DNA from: Malacoraja senta
Lineage: Eukaryota
Direction of reading: 5' to 3'
Assembly (NCBI GenBank): GCA_038087875.1
Contig: CM075977.1
Coordinates: forward strand, 333,560,001-333,624,000
DNA length: 64,000 bases
Below, in pieces: positions 1-11,637 of this stretch. Every line of letters starts with the position of its first letter. Within the stretch, counting starts at the first letter, position 1. Under the pieces are notes generated by a model. The model worked only from the letters and a program-made list of their open reading frames with translations. It was not told the DNA's origin and ran no database searches. Made by a program: the position numbers and the translations under genes.

Positions 1-784
1 CATTTACAGTTATTTAAACCATCAATCACAGATGTGTTGGTTAAAATGAACAAAGTGGACTGACTATTTCAGTAGCTCACACCTTGTCTAAAAGACAATT
101 ATCTCTCATTAAATGCAAATCATCATAGCCTCCAAATGCTGGAACTTTTTGCCAGTTTGCTGAGCAGGACACCTTAAAATGAATGTGACAGCTGACCACA
201 TATTGAATAAATTTAGTCTTTAATGTATTTTTTTACTTGAGATATAGCTGATTTTTATCGTCCCATGTGCGGTTCCAAATTCTGGAGCCTAACAATTACT
301 CATTGTACTTTACCCAGGGAGCCTTCGGCCTTACTATTTTTCTGTGGTTCATTCAGTAAAGTCATGCAACAAGGATGTCTGTGACTAATCAGGTACACTT
401 ACAACCATGGTCACTTAACTGAGGAACAGATAATTAGGAAACCTAGGAACAGTTGATGCTATATGCAGCAAATTAAAGCAATTGCATTGTGTCTCTAAAT
501 AATATTTAGAGCGAGCATGTCATATTTTAAAGGATGGGCACAGTTTGTACTTTAAAGTTCTAACAGCAATTGGTACACCTGGGAGAAGATATAAATGTTG
601 ATGTGAGGTTTCTTCATAGTTGCTACTAAAGTGGAAGCATTAATGTTAATTTATTTTCAAGAACTAAACATGGCATAACATGTAAGTTTATTTGTTGCCC
701 CAGTCATTAGATACACTGGACAAATTTTATTCCTTTAAGTGTCTGGGTCAGCAGTTGTTTGTCAATTAACATCAATAATACAAG

Positions 785-990
785 TAAAAACAGAAAAGTG
801 CTGGAAATACTCAGCAGCATCTGTAAGGAGAAAAAGGGATTTAACATTTAAGAACAATACCTTTCATCAGAACTAGTCTAGACTTTGTCACATTTGCATT
901 CCAGAATTTTTGGAGCTATGATTTGTTAAATGTATTCAATTAACATTCTGATGAAAGGTTAGCAGCATTAAACATTAATTCTAATTCATG
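785..990. mobile_element. Degenerate head-to-head Penelope-end (pLTR-like) remnant
   Basis: AAAAGTGCTGGAAATACTCAGCAGCATCTG...CCTTTCATCAGAA followed by inverted TTCTGATGAAAGG...AAACATTAA; same layout as the younger copy at 48204-48419. Confidence 0.45.
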
Positions 991-1567
991 TTTCTGTGGA
1001 GCATTTTGAGACATCCTGAAGCTGTGAAAGATAGAACACAAATGCAAAATTCTTCTTATGATTTAAGGTGCTTCTGTTTAAAATGTGATAGCTGCCGATG
1101 GCATTGGTGACCCATCATTTTATTTTCCCAATCCCATAAAATTATGGACATGGCCTTGCGGTGGATTTAGATTCTGTCTTTTCACTTCTTGAAGCCAAGT
1201 TTGGAATCATACTCGACCGATAGGATGATAGTTTCACTTTGATAATTGCATGAGTTCCAGCTGAAATGGATTTCAACATTCCCCAGTGGACGCACAATTC
1301 AGCAGATGCAGACACTGAATCAACAGTTGCACTCAGATAGGCTGATAGCTTTGCTGGTGTGGGAAATGCAAGGTCTTGCTGATGCAATAGAAATTGTTAT
1401 CCTGAGATTGAATTTAAAAATATAAGAAGCTAGACCAATTAAAAACTTTTAACTAATCAAAGTTCATCCCTCTCCAAGTTAAAATCCACGCCTTTACATT
1501 CCACTATCCCTTAGTATTACGTTATTTAATTCAAGAAATAACATATAAATTCCCTCCTATTTTGTAA

Positions 1568-1747
1568 ATTTTGTTGGTTCACATGCTTGATCAATGGTGT
1601 TTTATCATTAATGTTTTATTATTATTAATGTTTAGTGTTTTCTGAGTCATTCGTAACTGTCACTGTATGTCATGTTGTTACTTGTGGGTGGAGCACCAAG
1701 GCAAATTCCTTGTATGTGAATACTTGGCCAATAAACTTACTTACTTA
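1568..1747 (+). mobile_element. Rex1/Babar LINE 3'UTR fragment (young)
   Basis: 180 bp matching 14487-14666 with one substitution by eye; ends AATAAA(CTTA)n. Confidence 0.85.
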
Positions 1748-1889
1748 AAAAAGGCAAATACCTCCAACTAAATTAAGAAATGATGAATACGTTAAAAAAA
1801 AAAAATTCAGAGTAAAACTTCATTATATAAGTTTTTAAAAACTGTGCCCCTGTGTTCTTTGTCTCTACAGACACCCACACACCTGTCTA

Positions 1890-2170
1890 CGTAGGTTTCT
1901 TTTCTCTTAGTTTATCTTTCCCATCCTCACCCTACCTGGTTCCATCTGGCCCTTCTCCCTCCTCTCATCTGGTTCCACCTATCACTACTGGCCTCTATCT
2001 CTCAGCCTGATAATCAATCTTTTTCTTTCTCGGAACTGATGCCGGGTCATGACCCAAAATGTTGATATGCACCTTTTGCCTTCATAGATGCTGCTCAACC
2101 TGCTGAGTTCTTCCAGCATTCTGTTTTTTGACCCAGATTCTAGCATGTGCTAGCTCTTTAGTCTTCACAA
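1890..2170 (+). mobile_element. Old Penelope-like 3' end
   Basis: Pyrimidine-rich tract, then CTGATG..GGGTCATGACCC.AAAATGTT and AGATGCTGCTCAACCTGCTGAGTTCTTCCAGCATT, matching the PLE terminus at 35154-35250. Confidence 0.55.
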
Positions 2171-2914
2171 AATATACCATAGTGGCTGAATCATTCTGGC
2201 CTGCTGCCCAGACTGGATATACAAGGTATTCATCCCCTTGGTCCAGATTCATATGGCTAAATGAGCTGATCTTCCATAACCCAGTGAGGCAAAGCAAGCT
2301 CTGAGCAACAAGTGGAACTTGGAGACTATATTGAAGAGACCATGTTGAAGACTTCCTCAGGCCTGAGTGATTGATAGTTGGATGCTCCCCTTAGTATCAC
2401 TAACGTATGCACCAGCATGACTTGGCCCATCGTTCTTCAACTGTTCTGCGGTAGATCCTGGTTCTGCTGTGGAGTGATTCATGAACATCCCGCCACATGG
2501 CGATTGAAAACATTAAAATATTTTAAAATCTTCAGAGTTTTAGACATGCAGAGGTAACAAAATGACACCTGTCGAAAAATTACATATCGCCACGGTAATC
2601 CCGGCATCATCTAATCAGAAATAACCCTTTCGTCCATCCTCACTCACCCTCTCCGCAACTTGAAAATAACTTGTTTTCTCTGTTTTCCAGATCTGACAGT
2701 GTCCTCATTCTAAAACATTATATAAGTTTGTCTTTCCACAGATATTACCGGTTATGCTGAGCATATCTAGAATCTTTTGTTTTCATTTCAAACATTAGAT
2801 TTGACTATAAAACACACTGACGTGGAAGTAATCAATTACACCCGCTGGGAATAATTAAGTTATTATCTAAATAGAAACATTAAAAGTCCTTGTGTGCATG
2901 TTCAGTAATATTTA

Positions 2915-4152
2915 AATATATTTTGATTTTCATGAAGTATTTGACAAGATGTCAAGAGATTGTTGGCTTGAATTGGTTTTGAGGATGGACAGAAAATGAA
3001 GATTGAGAAAGAATGGGTCAGTGTTGGTGATTAGTGGGGTGCTGCAAAGAACCGTGTTTCAGCCTCACCAATTACAAATCTACATTAAATATTTTGGTGA
3101 GGGTATCTTGTTCAGACCATAATTATATTACAATTTAAGTACTCAGTTATCACATTTCCAATGAAGTCTCACATTTTCTCTTCTTATGTAGTTCCTTGGG
3201 ATTATCTTCACTCCAGTTCTTTGAGTTGTGGGCAGTTTGGTAAGGCCTCTCTGCAGGATCCACAAACTGTAATATGAAACTGGCGGGAAGTGCTAGATGT
3301 GGTGAGTGGTGGTTTGATTGGAGTGTTCTGCTTCCAAGAGGATACATTACTACTAAATGAAGTGCATTCATGTTTACTGATGATACCATGCCACATTTAA
3401 AAGCACATGCAAGAGGGATGCAAATAAACTGCAGAGTAAGATGTACAGTTTCAATTTGTGGAAGAAAGTGGAGATAAATAAAATATAATGAGAAAATAAT
3501 CATTCTGGGGGGGGAGGGGGGGTGTTAGGTGATTCTGTACAGAAAATTAATTCACAATTGTAGTAAGCAATCAGAAAATATATTGGCATGTTAACCTTTA
3601 CTGCAAGAAGAGTGATCTATAGGAGTGAGGAAGTTTACAGCTATTCTAGAGGGCACACATGGAGTATTGTGTAGGGATTTGGGTTAACTAATTTAACATA
3701 AAATTGCCTTAAATGGCATGTTAATGAAGGTTGACAATAATAATTCCTGAGAGGAACAGCGTATAAATGAAATGGGATTATATCTTCTGGAGTTCAGAAG
3801 AATGAGAGATCACTGAAATATCTACTCCTGGTGCCGAGATGAATGGGGGTTGATCTGACTAAGCACTTGATGTGGTAAATGTTGAGATGTTGTCCACTCC
3901 TACTAGCAATTAAGAACACGAGGAGCACAGGCTCGTGATAAGGAATAGACCATTTGCTGCTGCGATTAAAAATGTTTGGAATTGTGACTTTTTGGAATTC
4001 TCAACTTTTATTTAATATATTTAACGACAGAGCATTCGATTTTTGAAGACGGAAGGAATCCATATAATTGAATAGAGCAGTAAAGTGATAATGAGCGATA
4101 ATCATATTGAATTGTTCAAAGGGCTGTTTTACCCATTCCTGCTATTTCTTGA
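2915..4152 (+). mobile_element. Highly degenerate CR1 LINE (RT to 3' tail)
   Basis: Patchy similarity to the CR1 copy at 53040-54190 (GATTTTCATGAAGTATTTGACAAG, CACATGGAGTATTGTGTA, TCTGGAGTTCAGAAGAATGAG, tail-like ACCCATTCCTGCTATTTCTT). Confidence 0.6.
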
Positions 4153-4568
4153 GGATCTGGAATGACAATAATGGTCATAGCTAGAATTGGTCCATTACCA
4201 ATTATCTTTGTGTAAATTGTCCTTGACTATTGTAACTTGTATTAAACAATGTTACCTTAGCAAAGTTTAAAAGTACAGGTAGTTTTCGTATAATACATGT
4301 TTCTGCAATGTGAATTGGATATATCGTGAGAATGAATTAGGGAACACTTTTTGTATTGTGCAGTCTTAAGTGGTTAGAATGTCATTCCTATTGGGAACTG
4401 GAGAACTATTTAGAATTACTTTAGAAATTGGCAAGCCGAGAAGCTGTCTTCACAAAAAAAATGTTTCCATGTCGACTCCCCAAGGTAGTCAGACACCTCT
4501 TAAGAACACAGCTGCTACTTTCACCATGGAAGTCCACTAAAATTGACAAATGATTTCCTCTATTGATA

Positions 4569-4732
4569 GTAGACAAAATTGCTGGAGAAACTCAGCGGGT
4601 GAGGCAGCATCTATGGAGCGAAGGAATAGGTGACGTTTCAGGTTGATACCGTTCTTCAGTCCACCTGTTCCTGGAATAGGCCCAGCATGTCCATGGTTAC
4701 TTGGGCCAGATACTGAGAGTTGAACTTGTGGG
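4569..4732 (-). mobile_element. Chimeric insertion: PLE 3' terminus (4569-4659) plus ~70 bp copy of 5767-5838, 13-bp TSD
   Basis: TCCTCTATTGATA at 4556-4568 and 4733-4745; 4663-4732 is near-identical to 5767-5838. Confidence 0.85.
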
Positions 4733-6911
4733 TCCTCTATTGATACTTGTGGCAATGATATTCTATTAAACAATGTAACATACAGCCATTAGAATTTTCA
4801 GCTTGAAGTAACAGAAATAAACTTATAGTTATTAAAAAGATATATACTTTTGAAAATCCTGCAGAGAAAAATAACTCTTATTGCAAGTCTGAGACACTCG
4901 AGCCTCTAACCTCCTTTTCCTCATTGACACAATTTATAGTGCAATTTTCTACAGTGCAAGGTTTCTTAGCATTAGGTCAACTAATGCATTCTTACAAAAC
5001 TGTACACTTATTTTGTTACAATCAATTCTCACACAAAATTTATAATTCTACTAACTTTGTTACTACTTAAGTAGTTTAAAAAATATAAATAATTAAAATA
5101 TTGTCTCAAGTAACTGATTCCTTGTTATTTTTGCAACTTTTAATGGGTTTATAAATGAATAAAGAACACAGTTTGCTGCATTTAAATTTATATTTTTGTC
5201 CAAAGAATTTTCAAAAATTATTTGCAGCTATTTCTATTTGAATTTGTAACTGTTTACTGATAACATTTTTCCACAGTTTTTCAAATTGTGATTGATAGTT
5301 GGTTTTGTTACTACTTCAGACTTGCTTATTGGTATGTTCTATGCCTACTCAGTTACGATTTGCTGTCGTCTCATGAACATGACATTTGAATTAATCAGAT
5401 GCTAATGTGACACGTTCCTTGCATATAAATTTTAATTCCTTAGTTAAGATGGACACAAGAGCACATTAAATGTAAGGCCTTCTTACCTAGTGCCATTATA
5501 GAAATAATATGCTACCAGTCAAATACAAAAGGAAACTTCATGAATCCTTCTGACATCCCCTTGTCCAGTGGTTAGGAAAACCCATAGTACTCATGAATGC
5601 CAATTATTATCTGTGAGTGAATGTAAAGTCATGAGGCAAGTACTACAAAGTACAATAATTCAAAGATAATTCTTAATTTCTGAAAATGCATCAAAGCCAG
5701 TGGAGCATGGGCATTGAAGTTTGGACATGGCTGTTGGATTTATTGCATTGAACCATGCTGGAATTGACCTGTTACTGGAATTGGCCCAGCATGTCCATGG
5801 TTACTTGGGCCAGATACTCAGAGTTGAACATGGGCCCTCTGCATTCCTGTACAATGGCAGAAACCTTGCTCTGAAATAATTCTGATAAACCTTGATATTT
5901 ATGATCTTTTAAAATGGAACTAACAAAGTAGATAGAATAACTTTTAATTAAAGTCATTAAACTAAATCAAAATCATTATAACAAAACATTTGCTTTCCCC
6001 TTTTGCTTTCTAAGGCCGAGAAACCTCACTGTAATCAATGAATTTTGTAACTAAAGGATAAATCTAAAGAATCACATGAATACTAGTCCCTGCCGTTAGA
6101 CCTGATGGAGTGTCAAGTGGCAAGACATTCTGAAAGATTTGGCCCCACAGCTCATGAATTTATCAGTAAGCCCCAGGGACCCTCATGTCGAGCCTGGTTG
6201 TAATTAATTTTGTAATGCTGAATGCTAAGGGTCTCTTTTGGCGCAACCAGCCATAGCCAAAATGTTTCTGACCAAGGTGCTGAAATGTTTCAGAAGGTCA
6301 GGCGTTCTGTTTTCTGAACCTAGAACCTGAGCTTTGGTTAATGTATGCTTTAACCAAACAGGAATTCACCTGGTCCCAATAAGCAACATAAGCAAAAGGA
6401 GTCCCTGAAGCCAGCTCAGCCACCTTCCTACTCAATACCCATAACCCTTGATTCTCCTATTGCCCTAAAATCTATTTTGTCTTAGAATCTACTTAATGAT
6501 TCAGCATCCACAGTCCTCTGGTACCTGCTTTAGATCTTCAAAACAATACCTGGAGAATGGGAGATCAGATACATTTACAGCGCAGAAGGAGACCATTGAC
6601 ATTATGCTGCTGGAACTCTTCATACTCTCCCACCCTTATCTGCATTCAACTTAACATAATCATTTCATCTCATCTGGCTGATTGTTTCAATTTGCACACA
6701 ATTCAAACTGCATACCATTCTTTCAAACGCAATTATATTGTATTTTGAAATTCTGCTTCATGTAACACAATTTAAAAAAAGCATTAATTTAAATCTCAGA
6801 CATTTTAGGGGTAGAAGAATCTTGTTAAATCTAAGTTCAACATCGGGTCTCTGTGAGGCTTTGTGGACCATCAATTAATATCCCTACCACGTGCAGGATT
6901 CTAGATTAATT

Positions 6912-8624
6912 TTTTTTTTTTTTTTTTTTTAAATTTTTTATTTTTTAGAAGTACGGTAGATTACAGTAATGTACAACACGTATATATTAATACATTTTTT
7001 GTACCGCTTCACTTTTTTAAACTTTAAGAAAGAAAAAGAAAGAAGTAAGAAAAGTGAAGAAAGTGCGCAAAGGTTGTGAAGTGCAAAAGAGTGTTGGGAA
7101 AAGAAAGCCCCTTAGAAAAGAGGTTAGAGAAGGAAGTAAAGTTAGAAAATAGACCCTAGAAAAAAAAGAGAAAGAAAGAAGGAACAATCGCTCTATTATG
7201 ACTCTTATACCATACTTCATAGAGAAGGAACTACCAACCAAGTCTATTTTTATTTTACCTCCCATTACCAGGTCCAGATACCTTTTATTTATTTATTTGT
7301 TTTTCTAAATTACTATTGCACCTCATGCTTGTAATAGGTCCAAAAACGTAGACCACGTCTTTTGAAATTGATCTGCTTTGCCTACTAGGAGGAATCTCAT
7401 CTCTTCCAGATGTAATGTTTCCAACATATTTGATGTCCACATTTTTATTGTTGGTGTGGGCGCATTTTTCCAGAATTTAAGTATAAGCTTTTTTCCCATT
7501 ATTAGCCCATAATTGAGTAAATTCTTCTGATACACGTTTAATTCAGGAATACCTTCCGATATTCCAAAAATAATCCATTCTGGTTTTGGTACCAGTTTTA
7601 TTTTGATTAATTTTGAAAAAATATCAAATATTTCAAACCAGAATTTTTGGATTTTTGTACAAAAAACAAAAGAATGTGCTATGGTAGCTTCTTGACATAT
7701 ACATTTATCACAGATTGGTGAGACGTTAGGAAAGATTTTATTTAGTTTGGTTTTTGAATAATATAATCTATGTAATGTTTTAAATTGGATAAGCGTATGT
7801 CGTACGTTGATCGAGCATTTATGCACCTGTAATAAATGATTATCCCAACTCTCTTTTGAAATTTTTATACCTAGATCTTGTTCCCAATCTCTTCTAATTC
7901 CATCTGTTGTGGGTATTTCTATATTTAAAATGATATTATATAAGTATGATATTAAATTAGCTGATTCCGCCTTTGTCTTCATTGCTTCATCTAGTAAGTC
8001 GGAAGGCATATTATAATAATCTTTTGTGTGTGTTTTCAAATAGTCACAGATTTGTATATATTTAAAATATTGATTATTTTTCAAATTATATTTCAGTTGT
8101 AGTTGTTGGAATGATAGTAATTTTTCTAATTCATACAGATCTTCGAGCGTTTTAATTCCCATTCTTTCCCATTGTATAAATGCTTTATCTATGATTGAAG
8201 GTTTAAACGATGGGTTATTGACTATTGGTATTAAGAGAGATAGGTTTCTTAATTTTAGATTCTGTTTTATTTGCTTCCATGTTCTAATAGTGCTATATAT
8301 AATTGGATTTTTATTATAATTTTTATTATTCAAGTTTATTGGAGAGAGAATAATCGCTCCTATATTATTCGGGGAGCAATCCCCTTTTTCCATTATAATC
8401 CAGTCCACCTGCTGGGCAGAATTGTCCAGCAGGTGAATCATATTTTTAATATTTACTGCCCAGTTATAATACATAAAGTTAGGGAGCGCTAGACCCCCCA
8501 ACTCTTTTCGTTTGTTAAGGTGTGTTCTTTGTATTCTGTGGGATTTGTAATCCCATATAAAATTTGTAATGTCTGAGTCCAGTTTTTTGAAAAACTTTTT
8601 TGGGAGATATATAGGTATTGATTG
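6912..8624 (-). mobile_element. 5'-truncated L1-clade LINE (ORF2 C-terminus, 3'UTR, poly-A)
   Basis: ORF 7323-8501 with GGLALPNF and CDKC..H..C zinc-knuckle motifs; poly-T at ~6910-6930; TSD CTAGATTAATT at 6901-6911 and 8625-8635. Confidence 0.93.
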
Positions 8625-8658
8625 CTAGATTAATTATTATCCTCTGTAAATTCCCATG

Positions 8659-8755
8659 AGTGTTTAGGGAGCCATGGAACTAGTGTGACCATGTGATTGA
8701 TGTTCGGCATGGACTCGGTGGGCTGAAGAGCCTGTTTCCAGGCTCTATCTCTAAA
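8659..8755 (+). mobile_element. SINE/CR1-type 3' tail fragment
   Basis: GGCATGGACTCGGTGGGCTGAAGAGCCTGTTTCCAGGCTCTATCTCTAAA matches the tail of the SINE at 42503-42828. Confidence 0.7.
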
Positions 8756-9029
8756 GGAAAAAGCAGTCGAATTGTATTCTACCACCATCTGTAGCACCAT
8801 GTCCTGACACATCAGCTCACTCTTTTAACCTTAGTTCAATGAGAAGTGTAGAACAGCATGCCGGGGAATGGCTTCAGACATACCTGAGCATGGGTGCCAA
8901 CTCATGAAGCTGCTTGCATGCTATTGATAGTTAAGCAATTATAGGGCTGAATAAGATTAACTAGAATCATAATTTTGGATTCCCACACATGCAATCATGC
9001 ATACCACTGGAAAATTAGTCAACTAACTT

Positions 9030-9545
9030 GGTCCAGAGGAGTGAGTTCCTTTGGTCTATCTCCTGAGCCTAACTATTTTAGCAGCTTCATCAATGACCTC
9101 CACCATACCAACCACCGATCAAACCGTTGCATCATAAGATCAAAACTGTGGATATTACCAGCTGGATATTACACAATGCTGAGTTCTATTCATATTTCCT
9201 GATAAAATGTATCTGAATCCTTTCAACTGATTAGTTTGTTAGATACACAGATATTTGTCCTGTTCATATGTCATCTAAAATGTTGTGTTGTTTCTATGTC
9301 CCATTCACAACACCAAGTTTTATCCTGCTCTTGGCATTCAGATTGTTGAATTCTCCAACATCAACAATATGGGCATTCCTGGCGAACAAAAATGTTCCTG
9401 GACCAACCACATACATATTGTGTTAATAGATCAGATTAGAGTTTGTGTATTCTGTGGGAAGTTACTTACCTTCTGCTTTCCTCAACCATTTTTGACCATT
9501 AACATTGAACGTCAAGAAAGTGATGGAGTGCTTTTTGCTTATTAA
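9030..9545 (+). mobile_element. Ancient non-LTR RT remnant
   Basis: Decayed PTIFSxFINDL-like segment (CCTAACTATTTTAGCAGCTTCATCAATGACCTCC); resembles the family at 54240-57170. Confidence 0.4.
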
Positions 9546-10614
9546 CAAGTATTTTCTCCTCCAACTTTTATAGGTATATGAAATAAAATATAATTTATAT
9601 AGCCTATTGAACGATATTTCCATATCATACAGAAGATCTTCAAGAGATAAAACACTGGACTGAATACTAATGTCATTATGAAATCTTAAGTGTAGGTTGC
9701 AATATTTTTTGGTTTGTATCAGTTGAGGATATGGAGCAAATGAGAAAATATGCTATTTGACCACAGAAAAAGGCAACTAAATGGACAAACGTCTGAAGAA
9801 TTGGTATTATATATCCACATCTCTTAACTGCAAGATGAATGAGCACAGCTAGAAAACTTGTTAAGTAACCTGATGAGGGCAGGCAAGATAAGCAAACTGC
9901 CATAACTTCATTTCACGGACATCTGGGAACACCTTTAATGAATATCCATAAATATAATGCAAAATTTTCATTCACTTTGATTCAATGATTCTCTATTTTG
10001 TCAACAATACATATTTGGAACTCTGGGCATAATTGCATTAGTTTCTTGCAATGCCAGCATTTCACAGTGAAAGGTTCTCCTTAATTTTGTTTTGTCAATT
10101 AATATGCCTCTCTATTGCTGCCTGGATATTGTTCCAGGAAACATGGGCTCATAATTTTTGAAGGAGACAGGTGACTGAGCACAATGATCTGGATAAATGT
10201 GTCCTAAACACGTAGAAAACTGAGGTATAGAGCTTGTGGAGAGGCACTTTGAGTATTAGTGATATGGGACAGGTGCTGGTGAATAGATGCAAAAGCAGTG
10301 CATGTGTTCGCTGCAGAACTGTAGAAACAAAACTACCAATTGCATCCCCAGATATTTTTTTGCTTGCAGATGTCAGCATTAATAATTCATTTCTTCTGCG
10401 GATCATTCACAACTAAGGGAGAAGGAGTATTTTGATGGTATGAATGATAACAAGGAACATTATCCCTCCAATTATATCCATCGTTAATCAATTTCTCGTG
10501 TTACTTCTCTTTTACACTCATCAAGTCGGATCTTTACTCAGGAGGATTGATTGTGGAGATGCTTTTTGCAGCTGATTCATCAATGACCACAACGTTTAAG
10601 AAACATTTAATCGT

Positions 10615-11120
10615 TGGAGCGCAGGAGGATGAGGGGTGATCTTATCGAGGTGTACATGATCAAGAGATGAATAGATAGGATAAATGCACAGTTTTTTACC
10701 CCGAGTAGGGGAATCGAGAACCAGAACACATAGTTTAAGGTGAGGGTCATAAGGTCATAAGTGATAGGAGCAGAATTAAGTCTACTCTGCCATTCAACCA
10801 TGGCTGATCGATCTCTCCCTCCTAACCCCATTCTCCTGCTTTCTCCCCATAACCCCTGAGGAAAGATTTAATAGGAACCTGAGGACCAACCTTTTTACAC
10901 GAAGGGTGGTAGGTGTATGGAACGAGCTGCTGGAGGAGGTAGTTGAGGCTGGTACTTTTAACTAACATTTAACTAACATTTAGACAGGTGTATGGAAAGG
11001 ATAGGTTTGGAGGGATATGGGCCAAATGCAGGAAGGTTGGACTGGTGTAGATGGGGCATGTTGGTTGGCATGGGCAAGTTGGACCAAAGAGCATGCTTTT
11101 GTGCATTGTGGCTCTATGAC
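10615..11120 (+). mobile_element. CR1 (HER1-like) LINE 3' end with a nested antisense CR1 tail at 10746-10856
   Basis: LERRRMRGDLIEVY coding remnant and CR1 3'UTR; the insert is flanked by TGAGG (10741-10745 and 10857-10861). Confidence 0.85.
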
Positions 11121-11469
11121 CCTCCCACCCATTGTAAGACCAGAACTGACAGACATGAAATGCTGGAGCAACTCACGCAGTATCTCTGGTGACATTTCAG
11201 GTTGGGACCTGAATATTAGGCAGAAGAATACTAGGAGAGTGGAGAGACAGGACTGATTGCATGGTTGGGGGAAAGAAAGCTAGAAGAGGCAATGAAAAGA
11301 GACTGAACTGGCAATGTTTACAGATGATTGCACGATGATCAATTCCACTCATAAAAATGCATGCAGCAAGACTCGGATAATGTTTCGACATAGGCTGAGG
11401 TGTGGTGTGAATTTTATTTGCCACTTAATTGCAGAGTAGCAAAATCATATGGCTCCTGAATATGGAACT

Positions 11470-11637
11470 TCATTACTATTCCATTGCCACTGAGTCCATG
11501 TCTTAGAACCATTTACCTACCAACACTGTGGGAGTATCTTCAACAAAAATATGTAGCATTTTAAGAATACAATGCACTACCATCTTCTCAAATTAGAGCT
11601 GGGCAATAAATGTTGGCTTTGCCAATGTTGTCCACAC
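11470..11637 (+). mobile_element. Old LINE 3' tail interrupted by the L2 element (resumes ~14092-14110)
   Basis: CATCTTCTCAAATTAGAGCTGGGCAATAAATGTTGGCTTTGCCAATGTTGTCCACAC then, after the L2, CTCAAAATATGAATTAAAA. Confidence 0.55.

Noticed and set aside
1142-1387. 81-aa minus-strand ORF
   Set aside because: No recognisable domain, codon signal or splice context; non-ATG start
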